Below the pieces are notes generated by a model. It worked only from the letters and a program-made list of their open reading frames with translations, was not told the origin of the DNA and searched no databases. The position numbers were made by a program, and so were the translations under genes. From an uncultured Gammaproteobacteria bacterium (GTDB lineage: Bacteria > Pseudomonadota > Gammaproteobacteria > SZUA-229), in NCBI GenBank assembly GCA_913065105.1, contig CAJXZZ010000002.1, forward strand, positions 16,469-80,468: 64,000 bases of DNA, given 5' to 3'. Of the stretch, positions 51,258-59,758 are shown piece after piece. Numbering within the stretch: position 1 is the stretch's first letter; every line of letters begins with the position of its first letter.

Positions 51258-51560
51258 GTGAGTAAAAATGAACCCTTAACCATAATGATTATGGGCAAGG
51301 AATACCGCGTTGCCTGCCCGCAAGAAGAAAGAGACAACTTAAAAGCCTCTGCAGACCTGCTGAACGAAAAACTCAAAGAGATCAAACAACAAGGTTCAGT
51401 GATAGGATCAGAGCGCATCGCTATTATGGCCGCACTGAACATGAGCCATGAAATTCTGCATAATCAGTCCTTAACTAACGAACATAGCAGCTTAAATCAA
51501 CGTATTGACGAACTATCAGAACGCATCACTAGTTCCATGCGCGACATTCAACTGATCTAA
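51258..51560 (+). CDS. zapA: cell division protein ZapA
   Basis: MIMGKEYRVACPQEERDNLKASADLLNEKL is ZapA-like. Located upstream of ssrS. Confidence 0.85.
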   Translation: MSKNEPLTIMIMGKEYRVACPQEERDNLKASADLLNEKLKEIKQQGSVIGSERIAIMAALNMSHEILHNQSLTNEHSSLNQRIDELSERITSSMRDIQLI

Positions 51561-51696
51561 CTGCTGAAACAACTAATATATACTCACTACCCGTTATTTT
51601 ATTTTGATATTTATATTGATTTAAAATCAGCATTACATACAATGGGAATCATGGATGTTGGTATTACTAGTTAAAACATTATCACTTCCACCAGTT

Positions 51697-51888
51697 TTGA
51701 CATCTCTGGGGTGTTCGTAAGCAACCTGAAATATCCCTTGAGCCTTAAATACTGACTTAGGGAACTGGACTGTTGAGGCCGTGTGCATTACCGCTGTGAC
51801 GGGAAGCCTAACGCAGCATCGCTGGTTCCCCCCTGAACTTACCGGTTCAAGGTCATCAGTATTGCTACGGCACTTCTGGAGATGTCAT
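51697..51888 (+). ncRNA. ssrS: 6S RNA (SsrS)
   Basis: Blocks match E. coli 6S: ATCTCTGGGGTGTTCGTAAGC versus UCUCUGAGAUGUUCGCAAGC; CCTTGAGCC; GAAGCCTAA; GGTTCAAGG; and a closing CTTCTGGAGATG versus CAUCUCGGAGAU. Conserved zapA-ssrS-ygfA synteny. Ends are approximate. Confidence 0.8.
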
Positions 51889-51944
51889 CTTATTCGCTAG
51901 CTAAGCCGCTTACAGGCTTATCGAACCAACCCACCGAAGCCTTT

Positions 51945-52568
51945 ATGCCTGACGAGACCGAGCCAGACAATAAAAAAATTGAACACCAGTCCAGCGCAGA
52001 GATCAGGCAATTAAAACGCGCGCAACGATGCACCTTATCCGCATCTGTACAGTGGCAGCACAGCAAATCACTATGCCAAAACGCAAGTAAAGAAAAAATA
52101 TACCGCAGCAGCAAAAACATCGCTTTTTATCTTGCTAACGACGGTGAGATAGATCCCTCACAACTACTTGAACATGCCAGGTTTTTAGGCAAGAATATTT
52201 ATTTACCCATACTGTCACCAGTAAAAAACAGTCTTTACTTTGCCCCCTATCAGGCAGACGGCCAGTTAAAACTCAACCGTTTCGATATCCCTGAGCCCGT
52301 ATGTCACCCTTCAGAATGGAAGACCGCCAGACAGCTGGACCTGCTATTTCTTCCTCTGGTTGCCTTTGATCTATCTGGTAACCGCATGGGCATGGGCGGC
52401 GGTTTTTATGACCGAACACTGGCTTACCTGCAGCATCGACACTACTGGAGAAAACCGGTACTCATCGGGCTAGCACATGAAATACAGAAAATTGGGCAAC
52501 TAGATTCACAGAGATGGGACATCCCGCTAGATTTCATCATAACGGAAGAGCTGATTTATAAAGGTTAA
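51945..52568 (+). CDS. ygfA: 5-formyltetrahydrofolate cyclo-ligase
   Basis: GMGGGFYDRTLA motif. The ORF track starts at 51882, inside the 6S RNA, but the more likely start is MPDETEP at 51945. Confidence 0.8.
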   Translation: MPDETEPDNKKIEHQSSAEIRQLKRAQRCTLSASVQWQHSKSLCQNASKEKIYRSSKNIAFYLANDGEIDPSQLLEHARFLGKNIYLPILSPVKNSLYFAPYQADGQLKLNRFDIPEPVCHPSEWKTARQLDLLFLPLVAFDLSGNRMGMGGGFYDRTLAYLQHRHYWRKPVLIGLAHEIQKIGQLDSQRWDIPLDFIITEELIYKG

Positions 52569-52596
52569 AATACGATAGCCAGCAATGCATTCTCAG

Positions 52597-54111
52597 CTAT
52601 AACGACAGAAATAACTGATAAGCCGGATTATCGGTTTCTTCCCAGTAAGGGTAAGCCAGCGTATCGAGATACTCACCTAGCTGCTTACGCTCGGCTTTCG
52701 GTATCTGCAAACCCACCAGCACACGGCCAAATGCAGCGCCGTGATTTCGGTAATGAAACAAACTGATGTTCCAGCGATTACCAATCCGGGTCAAAAAATC
52801 CAGTAACGCGCCGGGGCGTTCTGGAAACTCAAAACGGTATAACACTTCATCCTTCAGTGCCGCGCGCCCTCCCACCAGGTGACGCACATGCATTTTAGCC
52901 ATTTCATTATCGGTCATATCCAGCACAGGATATTTGTTAGTCTTAAGCGTTTTTATCAGCTCGCGTCGTTCATTTAAACCATCACGCAGCTGCACACCGG
53001 CAAACACCTGCGCTTCATTAGCATCTGAATAACGATAGTTAAACTCGGTGATGCCGCGTTTACCTATCGTTTGACAGAAAGCCTTAAAACTTCCTGGACG
53101 CTCAGGGATAGTCACCGCAAACAAAGCTTCTCTATGCTCACCAATCTCTGCCCGTTCAGAGACATGACGCAAACGATCAAAATTCATGTTTGCACCACTG
53201 TTGATCGCGATCAGTGTTTTATTGCTAATTTTTTTCTGTTTAACATATTTTTTTAAACCCGCCACTGCCAGTGCACCTGCAGGTTCGGCAATAGAACGCG
53301 TATCATCAAAAATATCTTTAATGGCTGCGCAGATCTCATCGGTGCTCACCGTCACTATTTCATCGACACATTGTTTAGCCACGCGAAATGTTTCTTTGCC
53401 CACCTGCTTGACGGCAACGCCATCAGCAAAAATACCCACATGACTAAGCACCACACGACGATTTTTATCAAACGCTGCTGCCATGCAGGCAGCGTCCGCC
53501 GGTTCAACCCCAATGATTTTTGTTTTCGGGCTTAAATATTTAACGATAGAACCAACACCGGCAATTAATCCGCCGCCACCCACAGGGATAAAGATTGCAT
53601 CGATAAAATCAGCATGCTGACGAACGATCTCGAGACCGACTGTCCCCTGCCCGGCTATAACATCGCTATTATCGTAGGGGTGAATAAAATCCAGTTTCTG
53701 TTTACTGGCATATTCAGTCGCGTACTCACAGGCTTCATCATAATTATCACCCACTAAAACAGTTTTTGCGCCATAAGACTTAACCGCGTCCACTTTAATC
53801 CCGGGCGTGGTTTTTGGCATGACGATGGTTGCGTCCAGGCCCAGCTTTTTAGCCGCTAGCGCAACTCCCTGTGCATGATTACCTGCTGAGGCAGCAACCA
53901 CACCTCTGACTTTTTTAGTTCGTGTCAGTTGATAAATACAGTTGTAGGCGCCACGTAATTTAAATGAAAAAACACTCTGCAGATCTTCACGTTTAAGCAG
54001 TACCTGATTGTTCTGCCGCTTACTCAATGTAATCGCGGGATCCAATGGTGTCTCTACAGCAACATCATAAACCCGGGCAGTGAGAATCTTTTCGATATAT
54101 TTCTTTGTCAT
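52597..54111 (-). CDS. ilvA: biosynthetic threonine dehydratase
   Basis: PLP lysine FSFKLRGA and two C-terminal ACT-like regulatory domains. Confidence 0.95.
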   Translation of the reverse strand: MTKKYIEKILTARVYDVAVETPLDPAITLSKRQNNQVLLKREDLQSVFSFKLRGAYNCIYQLTRTKKVRGVVAASAGNHAQGVALAAKKLGLDATIVMPKTTPGIKVDAVKSYGAKTVLVGDNYDEACEYATEYASKQKLDFIHPYDNSDVIAGQGTVGLEIVRQHADFIDAIFIPVGGGGLIAGVGSIVKYLSPKTKIIGVEPADAACMAAAFDKNRRVVLSHVGIFADGVAVKQVGKETFRVAKQCVDEIVTVSTDEICAAIKDIFDDTRSIAEPAGALAVAGLKKYVKQKKISNKTLIAINSGANMNFDRLRHVSERAEIGEHREALFAVTIPERPGSFKAFCQTIGKRGITEFNYRYSDANEAQVFAGVQLRDGLNERRELIKTLKTNKYPVLDMTDNEMAKMHVRHLVGGRAALKDEVLYRFEFPERPGALLDFLTRIGNRWNISLFHYRNHGAAFGRVLVGLQIPKAERKQLGEYLDTLAYPYWEETDNPAYQLFLSL

Positions 54112-54120
54112 TTATAAAAT

Positions 54121-54283
54121 AAAGTTGGCAGTTATCAGTTGGCAGCCGTCAGTTAAGAGACTTAAGTATTGTAGGCTAGCATATGCAGAGCGTAACTGGC
54201 AAAAATCCTGATCACTGGCTAGATATAAAGCTTTGTTTTAATGCTTTTAAACTGACGACTGCCAACTGATAACTGCCAACTTT
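54121..54283. repeat. MITE-like / REP-like element: 34 bp terminal inverted repeats with one mismatch, flanking a roughly 94 bp core
   Basis: Left arm AAAGTTGGCAGTTATCAGTTGGCAGCCGTCAGTT (54121-54154). Right arm 54249-54283 is its reverse complement except one C/T mismatch. Each arm carries two GTTGGCAG units. Confidence 0.8.
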
Positions 54284-54352
54284 AAACTGTTCCTCTTTCC
54301 CTGTATCATTCGTGCCAGAAAATCTATACAAGATACCCACGGGAGTAAAAAA

Positions 54353-55015
54353 ATGACCCAGGATGAAATGAAAAGAAAAGCGGCAGAAGCGGCTTTAGAA
54401 TATGTAATCGCTGACGAGATTGTTGGTGTCGGCACAGGTTCTACCGTCAATCACTTTATTGACTGCCTTGCTGAAATAAAACATAAGATCAATGGCGCTG
54501 TCTCCAGCTCTGTGGCTTCAACCGAACGTATGGAAGCACATGGCATAAAAGTTTACGACTTAAACGAAGTTAACGGCATCGAAGTTTATATCGATGGCGC
54601 TGATGAATCTGATCATTACTTAAACCTGATAAAAGGCGGTGGCGGTGCATTAACCCGTGAAAAGATTATCGCTGGCGCCAGCAAAAAATTTGTCTGCATC
54701 GCCGATGAGTCCAAGCTGGTCGATGTCATGGGTGAATTCCCGCTGCCTGTCGAAGTGATCCCTATGGCACGAAGTTTCATCGCCAGAGAACTGGTCAAAC
54801 TGGGTGGTCGCCCTGTATACCGCGAAGGTTTTGTTACTGATAATGGCTGTGACATTCTGGATGTACACGATCTAAAAATCATGCAACCCGTTAAACTGGA
54901 GAACGAGCTGAATAAATTGCCCGGTATCGTCACCGTGGGTATCTTTGCCAATCGTCCTGCCGATGTCTTGATATTAGGCACACCACAAGGAGCAAAGACG
55001 GTTTTATCTAAATAA
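54353..55015 (+). CDS. rpiA: ribose-5-phosphate isomerase A
   Basis: GVGTGST, IDGADE and [11 protein letters not shown] motifs. Confidence 0.95.
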   Translation: MTQDEMKRKAAEAALEYVIADEIVGVGTGSTVNHFIDCLAEIKHKINGAVSSSVASTERMEAHGIKVYDLNEVNGIEVYIDGADESDHYLNLIKGGGGALTREKIIAGASKKFVCIADESKLVDVMGEFPLPVEVIPMARSFIARELVKLGGRPVYREGFVTDNGCDILDVHDLKIMQPVKLENELNKLPGIVTVGIFANRPADVLILGTPQGAKTVLSK

Positions 55016-55039
55016 AGCATAAATATAGCTATACAACAC

Positions 55040-55228
55040 CTCATTGCGATGCCTATAGGGAAGCAGGTAATACGATTTCAGGGATGGAATCGGTAGAGTC
55101 GAGTCGGGAACAGAGACCGAGAACAACGCATATGTCCATGGATGGACGGTAGTAGGGTAACGCAGGAGCAGTTATCGAGGAGACCAAGCCGAGCAGTTGC
55201 CGAACGAGACGCGACAATGACTGGAATA
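55040..55228 (+). ncRNA. candidate GGA-motif-rich small RNA (Csr/Rsm-sponge-like), ending at the terminator at 55229-55266
   Basis: About 190 nt non-coding stretch, GC-rich relative to its flanks, with at least eight GGA, GGGA or AGGAG motifs and a strong intrinsic terminator at its 3' end. No credible ORF. Confidence 0.3.
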
Positions 55229-55266
55229 TAAAAAAACCGCAAGCATCAGACTTGCGGTTTTTTTTG
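55229..55266. terminator. rho-independent terminator
   Basis: AAAAAAA-CCGCAAG-catcagac-CTTGCGG-TTTTTTTT. Confidence 0.85.
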
Positions 55267-55297
55267 CTCTGCAGATAAACCTGCAAAAAATGCGGAC

Positions 55298-55330
55298 GAA
55301 AAAAAACGGGATCCGAAGATCCCGTTTTCT
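55298..55330 (-). terminator. rho-independent terminator of the porin gene
   Basis: Minus-strand CGGGATC-ttcg-GATCCCG hairpin followed by T8. Confidence 0.8.
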
Positions 55331-55367
55331 ATAAAACGCCAATCTCTAGCCAATAAGGCTTTTCAGA

Positions 55368-56411
55368 TTAGAATTTTGTACGGATACCCGCAGTCAACAT
55401 AGACTCATCTTTAGCATCACGGTCATCTGATTTAGCACCGTAACCAACATAAACATTAGTCATCTTAGACATCTTGTGGTTATAAGCTACAGCAACACCA
55501 GATGAATCTCTACTATCAGCACCAGAAACTACTTCCACTTCCTGAATACCATAGGTTAATGCAATCTGGTTATTCTTGTTGATGTTGAATGAACCACTTG
55601 CAAAGATGTAATCAGCGCCAGCTTTATCTGCAGAATCTTCATACTGTAAACCTACAGAAAATACTTTAGTGGCAAATTTACCACCAAGTTTCACTGCAGA
55701 CTGAGTAGCAGTAGGATCAGAAACGTTAGCACCTGGTGTACCTGTAAGGCCATCTATCCAGTCAGCATAAACTGTGAATGCTTTGTTTCCCCAACGTACA
55801 CCAAGACCAGCAGTTTCGTCTTCAGAACCAGAGAACGTATAGTTACCTACTAATGAAAAACCGCCCATTTTTGGTGTAGTGTACTGCATAGTGTTTGTTG
55901 AACGACCGCGATCGATACCAGAACCACCGTGCAGATTAGATTGTGTTTTCAGGAAACCACGACCCTCGAGAGCAGTACGGTATAATGGGTCAACCTTGCC
56001 GCCCATCTGTTTGTAGTTAGAAGACATAGTACCCACTTTAAAGGTACCGAAACCGCCTTTCAGACCAACAAACTGGTCACGACGATTAAGTACACCAGTA
56101 GATGCTGCACTAGTACCAGAACCAGTGTTATCAGGTGCATTCTTATCTGGGTTAGTTGTAGGTTTGCCTGCAATATCAACACCAAATTCAATCTTGTAGA
56201 TCGCTTTCAGGCCATCGCCAAGGTCTTCAGAACCTTTTACACCGATAGAAGATGTGTTGCTTGATATAACAAGGTTATTATTTGCATCAGGAATATCATT
56301 ATCTGCTGCGTTAAGTGATAAATGAACGTTACCGTATACGGTAGGTGCCGCCATTGCTGTTGATGATGCAGCTAATGACGCTACTGCGATTGCTAATATA
56401 GATTTTTTCAT
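55368..56411 (-). CDS. outer-membrane porin (Neisseria/Burkholderia-type general porin)
   Basis: Start at MKKSILAIAVASLAASSTAMA with AGGAG 7 nt upstream. Beta-strand-rich sequence ending in F. Confidence 0.8.
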   Translation of the reverse strand: MKKSILAIAVASLAASSTAMAAPTVYGNVHLSLNAADNDIPDANNNLVISSNTSSIGVKGSEDLGDGLKAIYKIEFGVDIAGKPTTNPDKNAPDNTGSGTSAASTGVLNRRDQFVGLKGGFGTFKVGTMSSNYKQMGGKVDPLYRTALEGRGFLKTQSNLHGGSGIDRGRSTNTMQYTTPKMGGFSLVGNYTFSGSEDETAGLGVRWGNKAFTVYADWIDGLTGTPGANVSDPTATQSAVKLGGKFATKVFSVGLQYEDSADKAGADYIFASGSFNINKNNQIALTYGIQEVEVVSGADSRDSSGVAVAYNHKMSKMTNVYVGYGAKSDDRDAKDESMLTAGIRTKF

Positions 56412-56890
56412 TATGCAAGACTCCTGCATTATTAAGTTATTATGATCATAGCTATGATTACAAATTGTAATGTGACTACAACGTGGCGCTTCCCCCAATG
56501 AAAGCGGTTTGCTTCATCTTAAAAAGCTGAAGTATTCACACCGGTCTTTAACTACGTGCACCGCTTTTATTGGGCGCTTAATAGTCAAAGATTACGGGGG
56601 AGTATATGCAGATATGCCTGAAATGCAAGCACTAATGTCGAATAAATGTCATTTCCGTACGTCGCCCAGCCATAAACTAAACCGTGCAAACACTAACGGA
56701 CAGAAACATATACCGCCGGTCAGGATTACGCGCCTGGTAAAACATCATGTCAATACTGCTATCAGTCGAAAAGAATCAGACTCGATATCAGAAACAGATG
56801 CAGAAACTGAGAACACTTAAAAACATTTATAAAAACACTGTTAAAACCCCTACGATCATAAAAAGTTTCTCTACAGCCAAATTCTTGCCA

Positions 56891-56921
56891 AAAAAAAGCC
56901 CCGAAAACGGGGCTTTTTTTG
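56891..56921. terminator. rho-independent terminator downstream of rpsI
   Basis: A8-GCCCC-gaaaac-GGGGC-T7. Confidence 0.85.
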
Positions 56922-56938
56922 AAAACGCTGAAACAGAC

Positions 56939-57328
56939 TTAACGTTTCGAGAACTGCGTTGCACGACGTGCTTTGCGTAAACCTACTTTCTTACGTTCCA
57001 CCTTACGTGCATCACGGGTTACAAAACCTGCTTTGCGTAATGGGCTACGTAACGTTTCATCATAAGCGATCAACGCGCGGGTAATACCATGACGGATCGC
57101 ACCAGCCTGTCCTGTATTACCACCGCCTGATACGGTAACGTTAAAATCAAAATTTTCCATCATACCGACTAGCTCTAGCGGTTGACGTACAACCATCTGG
57201 GCTGTTTGACGACCAAAAAATACATCTAGAGGTTTACCGTTAACGACGATGCCACCTGCACCTGATGTTAAAAACACGCGTGCACTTGAAGTTTTGCGGC
57301 GACCGGTTGCGTAATATTGTTCTGCCAT
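56939..57328 (-). CDS. rpsI: 30S ribosomal protein S9
   Basis: The C-terminus [17 protein letters not shown] is diagnostic of S9. Confidence 0.95.
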   Translation of the reverse strand: MAEQYYATGRRKTSSARVFLTSGAGGIVVNGKPLDVFFGRQTAQMVVRQPLELVGMMENFDFNVTVSGGGNTGQAGAIRHGITRALIAYDETLRSPLRKAGFVTRDARKVERKKVGLRKARRATQFSKR

Positions 57329-57337
57329 GAGTAGCTC

Positions 57338-57769
57338 TTAGTTGATTTCGAGAGGTTGTGGTTGTTGCGCCGTATGCTGATGCTGTGGACCAGCATAGAC
57401 TTTAAGTTTACGGTACATCTCACGACCTAAAGGATTTCTTGGTAACATGCCTTTAACAGCAATCTCGATCACTCGTTCTGGTGAACGTTCGATCATGTCA
57501 CTAAAATTAGTTGCTTTCAGTCCACCCATATAACCTGAGTGACGGTAATACATTTTATCTTTCGCTTTATTACCACTAACACGCACTTTTTCAGCATTGA
57601 TTACTACGATGTAATCGCCGGTATCAACGTGTGGTGTGTAGATTGTTTTATGCTTACCGCGTAAACGACGCGCAATTTCAGTCGCTAATCGACCCAATGT
57701 TTTACCATCGGCATCAACCAGGAACCAGTCGCGTTTTACGTCATCAGCTTTTGCGCTTATGGTTTTCAT
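57338..57769 (-). CDS. rplM: 50S ribosomal protein L13
   Basis: [20 protein letters not shown] is a typical L13 N-terminus. Confidence 0.95.
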   Translation of the reverse strand: MKTISAKADDVKRDWFLVDADGKTLGRLATEIARRLRGKHKTIYTPHVDTGDYIVVINAEKVRVSGNKAKDKMYYRHSGYMGGLKATNFSDMIERSPERVIEIAVKGMLPRNPLGREMYRKLKVYAGPQHQHTAQQPQPLEIN

Positions 57770-58042
57770 TACAGATTCGGCCTACAAATAAAATGTCTGA
57801 TATTAAATATAATCGAGAGCCAAACAAGCACGGCTCCGACGAAGAGGCGGAATATTACAGGCATTTGGACTCTCCGACAAGTCTAAAGCCTGTTTTTTAG
57901 TAAAATATTTACTCAGTGGCGTGCATTGCTCCTGCAACCCTATCGCAATGACGGTTTTCTTCTAATATTTTCAATTAATTAGAGATTTCATAAATATTCT
58001 AGTCTGTAGCAGTGGAAAATATATGCAGGAAAAGCCCACGCT

Positions 58043-58113
58043 CCTTACCTACTTCCTGTAGGCAAAGCTTCCGCTCCTGCTCACGCCCCTTACCCACTTC
58101 CCTGTGGGCAAAA
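58043..58113. repeat. two 25 bp imperfect direct repeats, each containing a 5 bp-stem mini-hairpin (REP-like)
   Basis: CCTTACCTACTTCCTGTAGGCAAAG at 58043-58067 and CCTTACCCACTTCCCTGTGGGCAAAA at 58088-58113. Confidence 0.6.
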
Positions 58114-58139
58114 AAAAGCGCGGATAAAAATCCGCGCTA
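58109..58139 (-). terminator. rho-independent terminator (minus strand) downstream of the ferredoxin-like gene
   Basis: GCGCGGA-ttttta-TCCGCGC followed by T8 on the minus strand. Confidence 0.75.
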
Positions 58140-58326
58140 AAAACTACCACCAAAGGGAGGATGGAGGAAACTATGAATAACACTCAATTGCATAAAATGT
58201 ATTAGTATATTCTAATATAATGAACAAATTGTCAAGCTCATTTAGAAAGAATCTACTGGAATATCAAATAATCAACCAGTTACAATACTTTTTCAGTCTG
58301 CTGTAACCCTATAACAGCTCGTTTGA

Positions 58327-58635
58327 TCAAATCAAAAGCCTCTCAACTATCTGACCACCCATTAAATGTTTGTCGATAATCTCGTCGATATCTTCTCGAT
58401 CAAGATAGCTGTACCAGGTCTCTTCAGGATAGACCACTAATACCGGACCAAGTTCACAACGATCCAAGCAACCCGCCGTATTTATTCGAACTTTTCCCTC
58501 ACCCGACAAACCCAGCTGTTTTACCCTGGCTTTGGCATAGGCGCGAATCTCAGTAGCATTACACTGCTCACAGCACTGCTCACCCGATTCGCGCGAGTTG
58601 GTACAGAAAAATACATGGTATTTATAATATGACAC
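58327..58635 (-). CDS. thioredoxin-like [2Fe-2S] ferredoxin family protein
   Basis: Cys pattern C11, CC21-22, C25, C56, C60 within a roughly 100 aa protein. Confidence 0.55.
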   Translation of the reverse strand: MSYYKYHVFFCTNSRESGEQCCEQCNATEIRAYAKARVKQLGLSGEGKVRINTAGCLDRCELGPVLVVYPEETWYSYLDREDIDEIIDKHLMGGQIVERLLI

Positions 58636-58704
58636 TAAGCTCTCCCCCTGTTTTCACTGGTAATAAGTATTGCACCATCAAACGTAAAGCAGCAATATAC
58701 ACTT

Positions 58705-59343
58705 ATGCGTAATTACACTCCATTTGACCAAATAGTCATGTCTACAGACACCGCTTTGCGTACGCTTTTCGGTGAACCTAAAATCACCGAACGCGAGTAT
58801 CCAGCTAACAATATTTCTGACGCTGACTTTTCAGCGCAGGAACAAAAACACATTGCTGGCCTGATGCGGGTAAATCACTGCGGTGAGGTCTCAGCACAGG
58901 CTTTATATCAAGGCCAGTCTATGACCTCTCGCAATAACGACATCCGTGAGAAGCTGCAACAGGCAGCACTGGAAGAGAATGATCACCTGAACTGGACAAA
59001 AACCCGTATCGATGAACTGGGAAGCCACACCAGTTTTCTTAACCCGCTTTGGTATGGCGGCTCTTTTGCCATAGGCGCTTTTGCCGGGGCGATCGGTGAT
59101 AAATGGAATTTAGGCTTTTTAGCGGAAACCGAACATCAGGTCGTTGAACACCTTGAATCACATCTTAATAAATTACCCGGCGGCGATTTAAGAAGCCGAG
59201 CGATATTAGAGCAGATGAAAACGGATGAATTAAAACACGCCACCACTGCCATCGAACATGGCGCGGCTGAATTACCGCCAGCGGTTAAAACATTAATGGC
59301 CGCCATGTCAAAAGTAATGACCAGCTCGGCTTATTACCTATAG
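58705..59343 (+). CDS. coq7: demethoxyubiquinone hydroxylase Coq7 (di-iron carboxylate)
   Basis: Ferritin-like ExxH motifs (EENDH, ETEHQ) and NHCGEV. Confidence 0.85.
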   Translation: MRNYTPFDQIVMSTDTALRTLFGEPKITEREYPANNISDADFSAQEQKHIAGLMRVNHCGEVSAQALYQGQSMTSRNNDIREKLQQAALEENDHLNWTKTRIDELGSHTSFLNPLWYGGSFAIGAFAGAIGDKWNLGFLAETEHQVVEHLESHLNKLPGGDLRSRAILEQMKTDELKHATTAIEHGAAELPPAVKTLMAAMSKVMTSSAYYL

Positions 59344-59344
59344 A

Positions 59345-59755
59345 CTATTTGCCTGTACTCAATGGCGGGTGGTAGATGATCTGTACCGCATTACCATCAG
59401 GATCTTTACAGTAAAAACTACGCGCACCATCGCGGTGATCCTTAACTTCCGTCAGCATTTGTACACTTTCCTGCTTTAAAAAGTTAAACCAGTTGATCAC
59501 ATCTTCTGCGGTATCAATAATAAAACCCAGATGGTCCAGTGACTGCGCAGACGCATGTTCAGTAGCGTTGGCTGTACGGTGCAATGCCAGATTATCGTTA
59601 CCCGATGTCAGGTAATAATTATCTTCATCCGGTTGCCACTCGATGGCCATGCCTAACAGTCGCGTATAAAAATCCACACAATCATCCAGCCGAGTTACAT
59701 TCAGCGCCAGATGACGCATACCTGCTGTTTGTTTTGGTCGTATGAATGTAGACAT
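59345..59755 (-). CDS. VOC (glyoxalase/bleomycin-resistance/dioxygenase) family protein
   Basis: HLALNVTRLDDCVDFYTRLLGM shows the VOC fold. Confidence 0.7.
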   Translation of the reverse strand: MSTFIRPKQTAGMRHLALNVTRLDDCVDFYTRLLGMAIEWQPDEDNYYLTSGNDNLALHRTANATEHASAQSLDHLGFIIDTAEDVINWFNFLKQESVQMLTEVKDHRDGARSFYCKDPDGNAVQIIYHPPLSTGK

Positions 59756-59758
59756 GAC

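Noticed and set aside
55053-55286. 77 aa minus-strand ORF in the rpiA/porin spacer
   Set aside because: No RBS and odd composition. It overlaps two intrinsic terminators and the GGA-rich region, which is better explained as a non-coding RNA.
56509-56980. ORFs of 103 aa and 77 aa upstream of the porin gene
   Set aside because: No similarity to any protein family. They lie in the porin promoter and terminator region and overlap the rpsI terminator. Probably spurious.
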